Shown here one piece after another: positions 22,637-35,240 of a stretch of DNA of 64,000 nt (its first letter is position 1; each line of letters opens with the position of its first letter). A program made the translations under genes and the position numbers. This DNA comes from Eledone cirrhosa (Eukaryota), in contig OZ024740.1 in assembly GCA_964016885.1 (NCBI GenBank), positions 125,364,001-125,428,000 of the forward strand, read 5' to 3'. The notes under the pieces were generated by a model that was not told the DNA's origin, did no database searches, and saw only the letters and a program-made list of their open reading frames with translations.

Positions 22637-22644
22637 TATATAAT

Positions 22645-22790
22645 AATAATAAAAATGGTTTCTTCTTTTGTCACAAGGCCAGCGATTACCCCACTGTATT
22701 ACTGGTACTTTATTGTATCGACCCCATAAGGATGAAAGGCAAAGTTAACCTCAGCAGCATTTGAACTCAGATCATAAAGGGCTGTAACAG
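22645..22790 (-). mobile_element. tRNA-derived SINE (family A), 5' truncated
   Basis: actggtactttattgtatcgaccccataaggatgaaaggc core, B-box-like ttgaactc. Confidence 0.85.
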
Positions 22791-24424
22791 TTAGGAACAA
22801 GGTATCAAAATAGCATTATTATGTTTATTTATGTGTGATGCACATTTCGGGATCAATCAGTTCAAAATATGTTCAATATCAATCGTGTCCAACTCTGGAA
22901 TAAATACCTCATCCGACTCAAGCTTTCCTTTATGACAAGAAATATTTACATTACTGTGGACAGCAAAGATCAAGCATATTTGAAAAAAGGTGTTGTCTCT
23001 TGACCAATAACATCCTTGAAATAGCACATATGAAACACTAACAAAATAACTAGAAGCTAACTGTATTAAGGTTACGTCTATAAAAGCAAATGAAGGAGTT
23101 TTTTAGTGTTGGACGAATGATTTTGAATGTTGAATATTTTCGAGCTTCTAAATCACAACAAAAATAGGAAGGCAAAGCTCAAAATGTTAATTGAATACTT
23201 TCATTGATAAACTATCATGGTGCTCTAAATTGATAGGATGGAGACTATCCAACATATAGCAACTTCTGTATGATAATGTAAGATCCTTTTAATGGATTTC
23301 CTCTCTATCCGTCTTTTATGCACAACCCATACATTTAATATACACAACACATGCAGAAAAAATACCATTATAATTAAGAGTGGCTGCCTTCAAACTCAAA
23401 TCATATTTACAAATCAATATCTTGCATTCACAAAATTGATCTCATTTTTTACTTGAAAAATATTTACTGTCACCAGCAAACAGCACTTACTACACAAGAT
23501 TAAAACAATATCCATATTAGGTGTTTAAACTAATTACTATCAGAATAACAACTTCAATGAGAGAGTGTGTGTGTGTTTACCAATCTTGTGAAATTTACTT
23601 GTTGATATCTAACCCATCACGTCTCTTGTATGAATGTCTTCTGATTTTCGTTGATATAGGTTGTCTCAAATGACTAAAGCTAATTTGGCATTCCTTTAAG
23701 ACAAAAGTGTTATATGAGGAAGATTGGGCTGCTATTTCTAGTAGGTAGAATAACCACATTGAGAATTCCTTGTTAACCCATATTTCTATTTAGTAATTGG
23801 TCCTAAAGACTATACTAAAATAATAAAAAAAAGGTATCATATTTTTAAGAGAAGTCTAAACGGGAATCTGCTATTGATAAAAGGCAGAGAGTTTGCTAAT
23901 CTGAGCTACCATTCCATCAATTGTAAGAACAAAACCGTCAAATAAACAAAAATAAAATGTTCTAAAAGTGTTAATATTAAACATTAAATCTCAGCCAATG
24001 CAAATATTTCTGTCAGTTTATTGCTAAATTTCTGGTGTTAACACTATTATCAGTTGCAATCAAATTTGCTACACAATTCTTTTATGACTTTTGTTAATAG
24101 CTGCAAAGAAATCTCTCATATAGCCATTTAGTTTATGGCCAAACTTTCATATAAAATTAATGTAAGTTTCCACTAATTTGGCGCTATTTAAATAGTAATC
24201 ACATAAATTAATAACCCTTGATATTTATTGTAATTAACAGTAAAACAAAACTGGTTTGAATCCCATAGCTTTGTATAGCTCATGTAATCATAAGTCAATT
24301 CTTATATATACAGCACCAATACTAGATAGTAAACTTGGAAATGAATTTCCTCATAACATATCCAAAGTATTCTCAATTACAAAGTATCTTCAAGCTGCTG
24401 ACCCCCCTCTCCTTCTCCTCCTAT

Positions 24425-24463
24425 TCTTCTTCTTCTTCTTCTTCTTCTTCTTCTTCTTCTTCT
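24425..24463. repeat. (TTC)n microsatellite
   Basis: Seen directly. Confidence 0.95.
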
Positions 24464-26656
24464 TGGAAAGGTCGTAGAGGCAGAGTCCTCAAACACCTCT
24501 TCAAGTGGACCCTCTGAGAAGCAACCATTTCTAATTAATCCACCAGGATCCCAAAACAATACCAGTCGAGCTCCATCAGGCTCAGGCTCTATCCCTGGGA
24601 ATCCTGCCTGTTGGTTATAAAATCTGTCCAATGATTCTTTCCCGAGACATGAGACATTCTAACCCTATGCTCATATTATCAGAGTTGTGAACTCTCAATT
24701 AAGAGGAGTGGCTCTACCTGGAGCAACTCTGTTACCTCCAAGCTTATATGTGCAAAGACTGCACATATAAGTTTGCATATCTGATGAGATGTTGAAAAAG
24801 ATTCAGGCTCCATCACCTTGATTGTTCCATGAGCTGATCGATATTTAAATTAATTGTAATATGTAAATAAAGTTTGTACATATGCTGCAACACTGACTTT
24901 GACTCTTTTAAATTTATTTACACTTTGCTCACCACAGCCATAACACTGGAATACAACCCAAATGGAACGAACTTTGTAACAGCATTGAGTGCTTTGAATA
25001 GTGCACTGCTTGTAACTGTTGTTACACACTTATATTTGCATAGCCAACCAAATAGGCAATGTTTTTAATCAACAATAAATAGTTATCACTATCAATAAAT
25101 ATCAAACATCAGAATTCTAAACGTTCAGTTAATCAAACTTTGTATATGCCATACATTTGATATATCTCCATCACATGTGTTCATATATTATGTAACATGA
25201 ACATCTTTATAGTGTCATGCGTCAAAATTTAACATCCTAGAACTACACATAAATATGTTGACAGACACATCATTTGAAACTTGTAAAAGCTATTGTTAAT
25301 TTTAATTAGATTACCTGAACATCTAAACACTTCAAAAGCTAGACTATGCTTTTGAAACAAAGAAACCAGCTTCAACTAGTCATTACTAGTTAAATATTTT
25401 GACTATTTTGTTTCTCTAATCTGTTTCTAATAACAAATTTGAAGAATTAAAAAAGTCCCCTAATATTGAAATGAATGTAATATATTTGCTTTGGTAATTC
25501 AGAAAATTGACTTTGCTATTAATCTTTACTTAACAGTCAGTATAGTAGATTGTACTTTCTCTTTTAAGAACATAGCCATATTATTTTCAAATTCAAATAG
25601 GCTCAACTCTGTCTAGAGCTATGAGTCAATCCCAAGTTTCACTGGCATAATGGGAGAATGTCTTCTCTAATTTAAATTTTATTAAATTGTGATGAGGAGA
25701 AGAGCAATAAATTGACAAGTTTAATATCTTGTTGAAAAATACAGTAGTTTAATGAAACTGAAATAAAAAAAAAAGAGACACTCCTATTTTAACACTATTA
25801 CAAATAAATTTTAGGAGATATAATATATTTAATCTAGATTTGATGCAATATATATGTCTTGTGAAATTTGAACCCAGAATAAGAAATCTAGATAAATCTT
25901 ACTTTTTACTTTTGCATCTTTGAAAACTAATTGATTTGATCATTTATTTGATATCTACAAATATGGGACTACTTAAAGAAACGGATGGTAATTTTAAGCA
26001 ATTAATTCAATCAAAGATATGTCAGCTGAATTCTCTTTCAAAACAGATCAATAGGCTAGCGTAAGACAATAAATAATAGAAATGAAAATAAGAGAATTAT
26101 TGCTGATTAATAGACAAAACAATATTGTTTCTATAAATAGTCAGAGAAGGGTACATTGAATCATTTGTATTGAACTTATACCCATTTGTCAAGTGCCAAA
26201 ATGGTATATATTAATGTTCCCATGAGAGAAAATTAATTTTCTGCATGTATATGTATACACAAACTATTCAACCCCACAGATCTTTTGATAGTTGATGCCT
26301 ACATTATATATCATCATCATCATTTTACATGTTTAGACTGGCATGGGCTGGATGTATTGTTACAGTCTGCATCAGTTTTATTTGATGTTACTGCTTTCCT
26401 ATACAGGTTAGATAAATGTGTCATGTGTGTACATTCTCTCTCATTATATATATATATCTATGTATTATGTATATAATTTCATATCGGGTATCAAAATGGT
26501 AACAGCTTAACCATTGGGCAGGGACTCCTTCTAATATAGACACACTACTTTTTCTTAAGTATAGAGTACTAGGTTGAAAAATGGTCCTACAGGTCTTAAC
26601 TATAACATCTCATTCATCCCACTATCTCACTCTCTTTATATATATATATATATATA

Positions 26657-28000
26657 CATTGGCGGACTGGATCTAAAAATATTGGTTGCCAGGACACACA
26701 ACTACAATACTATAATTTAATTTATATATCGAATAAATATTTTTAATTAAATCCTTTCTATTTCTGTGTAAATTTGTAAAGTAAAAATATAGATTATAGA
26801 ATATATTAAAATATATTTAAAAACTTGCACCTTCTCCAATAAAAAAGATCTTGTGAAATATATACCTCCTCAAAATAGCAGTAATGAGCTTCAGTTTTAT
26901 CAGTTAAAATAAAGTCCTCCTTCTCTGTTTTTAACAAGATAAAGATAGGTTCTCTGTTTTTAACAAGAAAAAGATACGTTCTCTATGGCACTGATAACAG
27001 TGTCTGAAACTTTAGCAAGTTGGTGGGCCACTATCATCTAAAAGTGGGGAACAGAATTGAATGCTTTCCTGTAGTCCAGCCAGACAGTAACCATATTCCT
27101 CCTTTGTTGCCACACCCGTGACATCAAAGTTTTGTTAATTAGGAGTTGTTCAGCACACACCCAAACACCTTCGGGCATGCAATAAGTTGGTAGGTTTTGC
27201 CAAGTGTGTGCCTTTGTTCTTGAGGACCAATATTGTTTGTGCTAAGGTCAACCACACGGATATATGTGCATCTCCTTTAGAGTTTGCTAGTAGAGATTGA
27301 TAAAATACATCTGATAGACTGTAGTGTTTTCATATCTTAGAGTTTTCCTATCACAGTCTCATTGATGCTGTATTGTTTTCTTTTAGTGTAGGGGCAGTAG
27401 TTCTTTTAGATCTCTTTCAGCCACAATGCATCTTGGTTGAATTTCTTCTCTTCACCCTGAAGGAATCTTTGTCTTTCTGAGATGGGATCTCAGTGTCATA
27501 TTACTATGCATTTTGTATCTCTATAAAGTGATGTTTCAGCTGAATCTTTTATTAATTATTTTTCTTTCAGCCACCCTCTACTGGTATTGAAGTTTCTCAT
27601 TGACAACTCTCAAATTTTGTTTGAGGGTGATTAGCTTGTATTGAAGAGTTTTGGTTGTACTGTCTCCAAACTTCATTACTATTTTATTTTTCCCTCTTTG
27701 TAGGTGAGGAGTGTAGTTTTCTTTGTTTTTGTTTTCATGTGAGGAGCATTGTTACATGTCCCATAATTTTCCGTAGATCAGCTATCTTTGTTTTCTATTT
27801 TTATAATATATGATGGTATTTTTTGTGGTATCTTGTTTTTGTTAACATCTCTTTTATCACCAAGATGAAGTTTCACTGTTGGTGGGTATATAAATTTGCT
27901 TTGCCAAAATGTAGTGGTTTCAATATGTCGTAAATATTCAAATAACACATGTCTGTGCTGCTCATTAAGCAATAGCATAGCATAGCAATAGCATAGCAAT
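26657..28000 (-). mobile_element. Probable highly decayed hAT-superfamily transposase relic
   Basis: Minus-strand fragments YLRHIETT (N-terminal, like hAT RRHFETKH), LQGEE and ERIFSC (like the dimerisation-domain ERxFS) occur in the correct order. Boundaries are uncertain. Confidence 0.4.
26921..26984. repeat. Short tandem duplication (~29-bp unit, ~2.2 copies)
   Basis: ttctctgtttttaacaagataaagatagg / ttctctgtttttaacaagaaaagatacg / ttctct. Confidence 0.9.
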
Positions 28001-30072
28001 AGCAAGTATCAAGCAATAGCATACATACTGAACACATCAGTAATTCTGTTTATTTTACATGAGACAAGTATATATATATATCATAATTAATTAAAATATA
28101 GTGTATTTTAGGCGCTGGGAGACATAACTAGTGGTATAAATGTCTTAATTTATTTTTTAAAACATTAGAGGTGTTTTTTGTCACTTGCATTAATGTTCTA
28201 TATCTCTTGCTTCTACTGAAATATCTTCGCAAAGGATTATGTGCAAATTATTATTGCTGTTTCCATTTTGAATTTGTTTATCTTATTTTATGAAGTCCTG
28301 TTTAATTATTAGTATATAAATATCTTACTTTGTTGTAATGGCTATGAATGATCATTTTACAGGAGTAACATTATTTTGAGATACATCATGTATATAACAC
28401 AGCTAATTTTAGGCTCCACAAATTGAGAGCTGCATGTTACTTTAGCTTAAACTACTGTGTTAATTCACTGAAACACGTCATATTTTACAGCTTATTAACA
28501 ATATTAGTTAAATGAAAAGCTTTAAGCTATTGAAGTTACTTGTAATTATTAAGCAATAAAATTATGATCTGTAAGAGAAGCCATTTTGAATAGACCATAA
28601 TCTCAACTCTTGCTTTGCACAGGAACTTTTTATGGTATTTTTATTGAAAAATTAAAACACACAAGGTGTAAAATCATTAATTATCTGTTCACCATATTAT
28701 TATCATCTGCATTTTTCCTTTTGGAAAGACTATATTTTATTTAATGATTGACAAAGTGAAAACAAATTGATGTTAATCCATTTGTAAATAAGTTGAAATA
28801 CATATAAAAAAGCATCCTGTGACATAATTCAGGTATTTAGATACATAATCGAAACATCTATTCAACTATTAAAATTTCAAACATGTTTCTTAACCATTCA
28901 TGAATATTTCCAGTATAGTTGAAAAAAAATATATTTTGTTTCTGCCTAGTCATTCTAACAAAACCTAATCCTATGCAGTAGATCCTAGTGTTGGGCTTGA
29001 GAACATGGAAAGAATTACAGCAATATTTCTAGCTTATAGTCTCACGTATTGTTCCATATTGAACTTCAACCTATTACACATAATGTAGCAGTTCAGCTTT
29101 ATCTATTGCCTTTTTTACACAAAGGATTCATAATATGACTATTTGCAAATACAATTTATATCATTGTATTAAAATTCAAAAGAAACGTTTGTTTTATTGT
29201 AAAAGTGTACACACACAATTTCCTGAATACATGGGTGTGTGTCAAGTTTATTTTTCTCTTCAAATGCATGATTTCATTCAAAGTACATAAAGTTTGAATT
29301 GCTCACAGTCAACATCTTTTACCTTCCAAACATATCCAGTATTTTACTAAATTAATAAGCTAGACTATGAGTCTCTTTTTCATTAAACATAGCCATTACA
29401 TAGTTGCAACATTGATATTCCCAGAGGGAAATCCGTCAGTTCTAGTACCAAATATCTTTAAAGAAAATTGACCACAAATCTTTTATATTGCTTTACCTTA
29501 AAAGAACTGTTAATTGAAAATGCTGAGATCTAATAGACTTGTAAAATTGCCAATTTCATTGTATTATCATCTCATATCTTGTTTGTTTATGGTTGTATGT
29601 GTGTGTAGGTATGTGTTGAAACGACAGCAATACTAATTCATTGTGTATCAGGTTTACATGATGGTCTTTTTTCAAAAACTTTTAACATTTAATCTATGCC
29701 AAAGTTTAGTTTTAGAGTTTGAACAGATATTTCCATGCCTCACTTTGAAGAAAGATATTTATCATGGGAGGTGGCAGCATAAAAGTATACAACAGATACC
29801 TTGTCATATTTAATTATTTTAGTTATAATTTTTGGAAACTTTGTTGAGCTGCATGGGAGGGTCATTCTTGAAGAGAAAGAAAGAAAAGTAGATCGTTAGA
29901 TTATAAGTTCTTCGTAAACTTTAAACAAAATAGAACTATTGCATTGCATAATATTTTTAAATTATGGATTCTCGGCATGAATACATTTGTAATAGCAGCT
30001 ATTAGTGGCAATAACTAAACTAGAATGACTTGAGACGAGTGTGTTTTTTTGTTTGTTTATTTAAATAGTAAG

Positions 30073-30220
30073 TGCAGGTATGTCTATGTAGTTAAGAAGT
30101 TCTCTTTCCAACTACATGGTTCTGATTTTGATCCTACTGACTGGCAATATAATCTAGTGTTTTCTCCTATAGCTATGGATTGAACACAATACCTTGTGAG
30201 TGATTTCTAGTAGGCAAAAT
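30073..30220 (+). mobile_element. Old tRNA-derived SINE (family B)
   Basis: gcaggtatgtctatgtagttaagaagttc...catggttctgattttgatcc, similar to 44987-45060, 60100-60250 and the reverse complements at 3955-4020 and 59620-59735. Confidence 0.6.
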
Positions 30221-31656
30221 AGTGGCATGTTTTATAATACTGATATCTTCCATAGCCACAGGCTTATTTCTATAGTTGCTTATTTTTGTGTCAGTATATT
30301 ACAGGGTATCAGTTATACTAATCCAAGGGGGATGAAAAACGCAATTGAGTCTTACAGAATTTGAAGAAAATATTTAGAATTGTAAATCTAAACACTAAAA
30401 TACATTTAGTCCAGTTTTCTATTGTTTCAAAAATCTCTATCATTCCAGAAGAGATTTGATGGGTTTTGTTATATAGTATTGATTTCACTTCAAATTCATT
30501 CCCTATTTATACAAGTTTGATTAATTGAGTTTGAAAATACATTATTGATGTAGTTAGTAGCTGCAGACGTTTCTAAATAAGACATTTCTTATGTGTAACA
30601 ATAATCCTTGACTGATGAGTGTGATGAAAATGAATCTGTTGTAATTAATCCTTTTGATACTAATTTGCCTGAAACTGGTTGTATAATTTAAACAAATCTT
30701 TATTTGTAAACTTATTATCATAATTCTATCAAAGAATTTTCATAAAGTTATGTTTCAAACACCAGCTAAATAATAATAAAATTAGTTATATATCTAAATC
30801 CTTCCAAATTCTTGATTATTTTCAAATGCAATTGAAATCTCTTAGTGTCTTTCATTAATAATATGGTAATGAAATGGTAAAGATGTCTTTAATATTCCTT
30901 TTTATGGATTAAAGTAACCTAAGAAAGCCTTACAAATTGTAAGCTAAGCCATTATTGTTGTATTTCACCTGGAGATAAATGTATGTAAAAAAAAGAAATG
31001 ATTTGTTAACAATAAACTAACAATTGCAAAAAAGAAAGCTAAAAGCAATCAGATAGCTGAGATAGGAACTCATACAATTGTATTAATGTTATATCCTATT
31101 TTGTATATCCTTTAGAAAATAGTTGGCTTTCAAATGAAAACATGGTAGAAAAAGAAATCTATTGTAAGCATTCTTCTATATATATTTTTTTAGAAAGTAT
31201 TCCTTTTTGATTTCAGCAAATAACCTTCTCCAAAGAGCTACTACCTTGTTTGTAATTGTTGATGCTGTCAAGATTCTACTGCAGAAGAAATATTTCTGTA
31301 CCTTTACCATCAATTATTTCTGTAAGATGATCTAGTCAGATAGATCGCCCTTATAGTCCAACTCAATATTTCCTTTCCGATTCTTGACTGCATTTTATGT
31401 TATTCTAAGGAGGAAAAAAATATCTGACACATAGATATTATACTGAATCAATAAAGCCTTCCACACTTTAATACTGATGTTATATATGACAGCAGTATGA
31501 AGAAGAACAATAAGAATCTTTCTTAATAAGTAATTGTTTTCTCATTTTATACTTTGTAGTTACATACCATTTGCTATTGACAGCTGTTATTTAGCAAATG
31601 GATTGTAAAATGAAAAAGAAAATTCCATTCCTTTTAGTACAAGAATTGTTATACCC

Positions 31657-31690
<34 letters not shown>

Positions 31691-32339
31691 TGTATTCATT
31701 TTAGTTTTGCCTTTACATTGTCCAGGTCAAATTTACGTTTGTGGTGATAATTTGTGGCATAAAAATGACCCTATATTCTGTTTAAAAATTATGTTTTAAA
31801 AAACTCAATCTTTGCTTACTTAATTTTTCATTTTTTCTGGTCTTATCTATAAGTTTTCTATAATGTACTTAATGGCATCAAAGTGGACAAAGATTGCTAT
31901 CTATTTAGAAGAAAGAATAATGTGACAATATCTCAAAATTTTATTTAAAATGATTAAAAATATATATATTTTTATCATGAAAATATATTTCTTGATAGAA
32001 ATTATGATTGTTGAATTTTTAAAAATATTTATACATTTGCATTTTTTGCCTAGTATCAATTGGTAAAGTAGTAGGTAAATTGTATAGAATATTTTGATTG
32101 GCATATTTACATTCAATATTTCTTTATTTGAAACTGAAGTGTGATAATTGTTAACTTGTAAACTGAGGCAATTAATGATCTTTGCAGCCTATTAAAAATG
32201 TACACTCAATTAACCCACTGTGCATAAATGTAATAATGCAGTTAAGGGTTTATACAAGGAGGGTATAGTAAATGTGTATGATATTTCTAGGAGCTAGTTA
32301 GCATATTAGGTCAGTGACTATAATATTTGCAGTCATTTA

Positions 32340-33150
32340 TTAGGTTGAGATTGAAGTGGCTTTTGGTGAATTCAAACATGTGTAGGTTGAGGCCTGTAGG
32401 AAACATATGGGGAGGAAGTTAATTCCAAAGGGTAGCAGTTTTAGGTAGAAAGGGTTGGAAAAATACAGAAAGTTAAGAAGGTTAGATACAGCAAGAATGA
32501 TGAGTGGGAGAGAGACACGGTTGTGTTGCATTAATCTGGTTGGAAGAGGAGATGCAGCTATCTAGTTTAGATTATCACAACCCCACAACCTTTGTATTGT
32601 AGAAACAGGGGTTGTTTCAGGTTTGGTATCAAAAGAGTTATAATGGGAAGTAGACAGGATTAAATACATATGACTATGTGAATTATACTAAAAGACACAT
32701 GAAGAGGAAATGGCATTGTTAAACTGGGAAGCATATTTTGTCTGACATGCAAAATAAAGAGAATTAACTGAGAAAAGATATGTATATATTTAATGGAAAT
32801 GAAACACCCAGTGAAAATGAGGAAAGAAAGAGCAGTGATTATAAAAAATAAATTGAGCTTAGGAAATGTTGACAAGGTGAGAATGATGCAGAAGTTGGTA
32901 AATATATAAAGGTAGGTAGCCCATCAATATCATTAAGAGTTTTAATTAGAATATGATACAATATTTGATCAGTAAGTTAAACATGCTGGACAAGGAAAGA
33001 ATCTAATCAAAGTGAAGCCAAGACCGTATTATGTGAGATGAGAAAGGAATAGAGAACAAAAGCTAGAAGGTTTGTTGCTGGTGGGGTCAGGGAGCATAGA
33101 TTACGAGAGATATGGAATAAGGAAAGCTTTAGACTTTCAGAGAAATGTTA
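32340..33150 (-). mobile_element. Possible highly decayed Penelope-like RT fragment
   Basis: Minus-strand KYIHIF (cf. RYIDDIF), MPFPLHV (cf. LPFLDV) and HSHMYL..STSH (cf. T.S..YL...S.HP) occur in order. Weak. Confidence 0.3.
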
Positions 33151-33750
33151 CAAAGAAAGAAATACTTCACAGTGCACATAACAGAAACCATTGTGTTCTT
33201 TTATTATTTTTTTAATATAATAATGTGCAATTCAGAGGAAATTTGGTTGGTATTTGTAGCAAGTCTTGTAGCTATATAAATGCTTCTAGTTGGTTACTAT
33301 CAACAATGTTTAGTGCTGATGAGATCCAATGGAAATATACCATTTATACAATTAGTTTCAAATGACCTGATAGAATCATTGATTTCTATAAGAACAAAAC
33401 AGCTTTTTGATTTTCCCCTTTCGAAATTGTCCAGTTGGATAGAATATAAATGATAAGTATGATGTTGATGATTATGGTAATGAATATATATTTTCTAAGT
33501 GGTTAAAGAATTTAACTTTCTGTCTAAAACCATGAAACTTGCATTTCATATTGAACCTAAACACTACATTAGTGATCAATCTGAATATATCTACTCCTTC
33601 TTTTTCATATTTTAATTGTAATCAATAACAGGCACTTATCTGCAAAATCTTTGTTCATTTTTTTTCTGCTTAGTATCCTAATTTGAAAGAAAAGCATTCT
33701 TTTTTATGCCTGGAAGAACAAGATACATATGATAAAATAAGAAATATAAT

Positions 33751-33867
33751 TGTTTTTACTTTTGGCACAAGGCCAGTAAATACCCCAGTGCATTACTGGT
33801 ACTTTATTTTATCGACCCCGTAAGGATGAAAGGCAAAGTTAACCTTGGCGAGATTTGAACTCAGAAT
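33751..33867 (-). mobile_element. SINE family A, 3' half (split by an RTE insertion)
   Basis: Core and tail here, head at 35171-35240. 12-bp direct repeat aagaaatataat at 33739-33750 and 35241-35252. Confidence 0.9.
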
Positions 33868-35170
33868 CAGAAGAAATTCCAAACATGGAAGCATGGCCTA
33901 GAATCAAAAGACCTTAAAGTTAACTTGTCTAAGACTAAAGTTCTAGTTTGTAGGAAGGAAAATAGGGCACCGGTCTCATCCGGGAAATGGCCATGCTCAG
34001 TGTGTAGGAAAGGAGTAGGTAGAAACTCCATTTTATGTCCCAAATGCAAAGTATGGGTACATAAAAGATGTAGTGGCATCACAGGTAAGCTAACTAAGAA
34101 TATAGATTTTATATGTGGCCGGTGCTCTGGTGCAATAAGTAGCAGCAAGTGCCCACAGAATACTAACTCATTCCATTGCACAGATGGTTCTATAGAAATA
34201 GTGGACAGCTTCCGTTACCTGGGTGACAAAATCAGCAGTGGGGGAGGGTGCTCTGAAAGTACAGTAACTAGAGTCAGAACGGGATGGAAAAAGTTCAGAG
34301 AGCTTATACCACTATTGGCCGCTAAAGGGTTCTCTCTAAAAATGAAAGGCAGGCTGTATGATGCCTGCATACGAACAGCAATGTTACATGGCAGTGAGAC
34401 CTGGGCATTGTGTGCAGAGGATATACGCAGACTGGAGAGAAACGAAGCTTGCATGCTCCGCTTGATGTGTAATAGTAATATACGTGAACGGCAAAGCATA
34501 AATGAACTAAGGGAGAAATTAGAAATAACAGGGATCAGATGTTGTTTACTCGAGAGAAGACTACGTTGGTGTGGTCACGTGATGCGCATGAAAGACGACA
34601 GCTGTATAAAAAAGTGCAGGGCAATAAAAATAGACGGTAGCCACGGAGTAGGCAAACCCAGAAAAACCTGGGACGACTTGATAAATTCCGACCTCACACA
34701 CTTACACCTCTCCAAGACAATGCCACTGGACCGAGATATTTGGCGCTACACAGTAATAGAGAAGACCCACCTTACCTAAGTACAAAGTGAAACCTACTAC
34801 AGTCAGTAGGCACCTCTAACAAAATACACCCCCGTCCCACTACCCCCACCCCATCCACACCACCCCGTTCAATGTAAAGTTTTGTTGGTACCACAACATC
34901 CAGCCCGAAACAAACGAGGTCGTGTAGGTGTCACGACAAAAAAACACACAGTCCACGCTGTAATGTGGCCGTGTAGGTAACACGGTAAAAACCTCCCAGT
35001 TCCACACTGTAAATGTGGTTGGTGTTAGGAAGGGCATCCAGCCATAGGAAACCCACCAGACAGTCCTATGCGAGCAAGACAACCACTCTTGCCTCAGGTG
35101 AGAATCTCCCGTCCAAACCGATGCGAGCGTGGAATATGGACGTTAAACGATGATGATGATGATGATGATG
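33868..35170 (+). mobile_element. Young 5'-truncated RTE-clade LINE nested in a SINE
   Basis: Open frame to 34779, then 3' UTR and (GAT)n tail. Highly similar to 54243-56083. Confidence 0.95.
33925..34779 (+). CDS. RTE ORF C-terminal part: end of RT, inserted PHD-type finger, thumb and C-terminal domain
   Basis: KTKVLV...C4HC3...VDSFRYLG...AMLHGSETW...RRLRWCGHVMRM...GKPRKTW. Confidence 0.9.
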   Translation: MSKTKVLVCRKENRAPVSSGKWPCSVCRKGVGRNSILCPKCKVWVHKRCSGITGKLTKNIDFICGRCSGAISSSKCPQNTNSFHCTDGSIEIVDSFRYLGDKISSGGGCSESTVTRVRTGWKKFRELIPLLAAKGFSLKMKGRLYDACIRTAMLHGSETWALCAEDIRRLERNEACMLRLMCNSNIRERQSINELREKLEITGIRCCLLERRLRWCGHVMRMKDDSCIKKCRAIKIDGSHGVGKPRKTWDDLINSDLTHLHLSKTMPLDRDIWRYTVIEKTHLT

Positions 35171-35240
35171 AATGGCAAGGGCCATAACTCTGTGCGTCAA
35201 AGCATGGCGTCCGATCCTCTACCGATACTGCCAATCCACC
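35171..35240 (-). mobile_element. SINE family A, 5' half (split by an RTE insertion)
   Basis: aagggccataactctgtgcgtcaaagcatggcgtccgatcctctaccgatactgccaatccacc matches the family head. Confidence 0.9.

Noticed and set aside
24781-24800. CTGATGA-gatgtt-GAAA hammerhead core look-alike (similar one at 30612-30630)
   Set aside because: No stem I can be formed, and such short matches are expected in AT-rich DNA.
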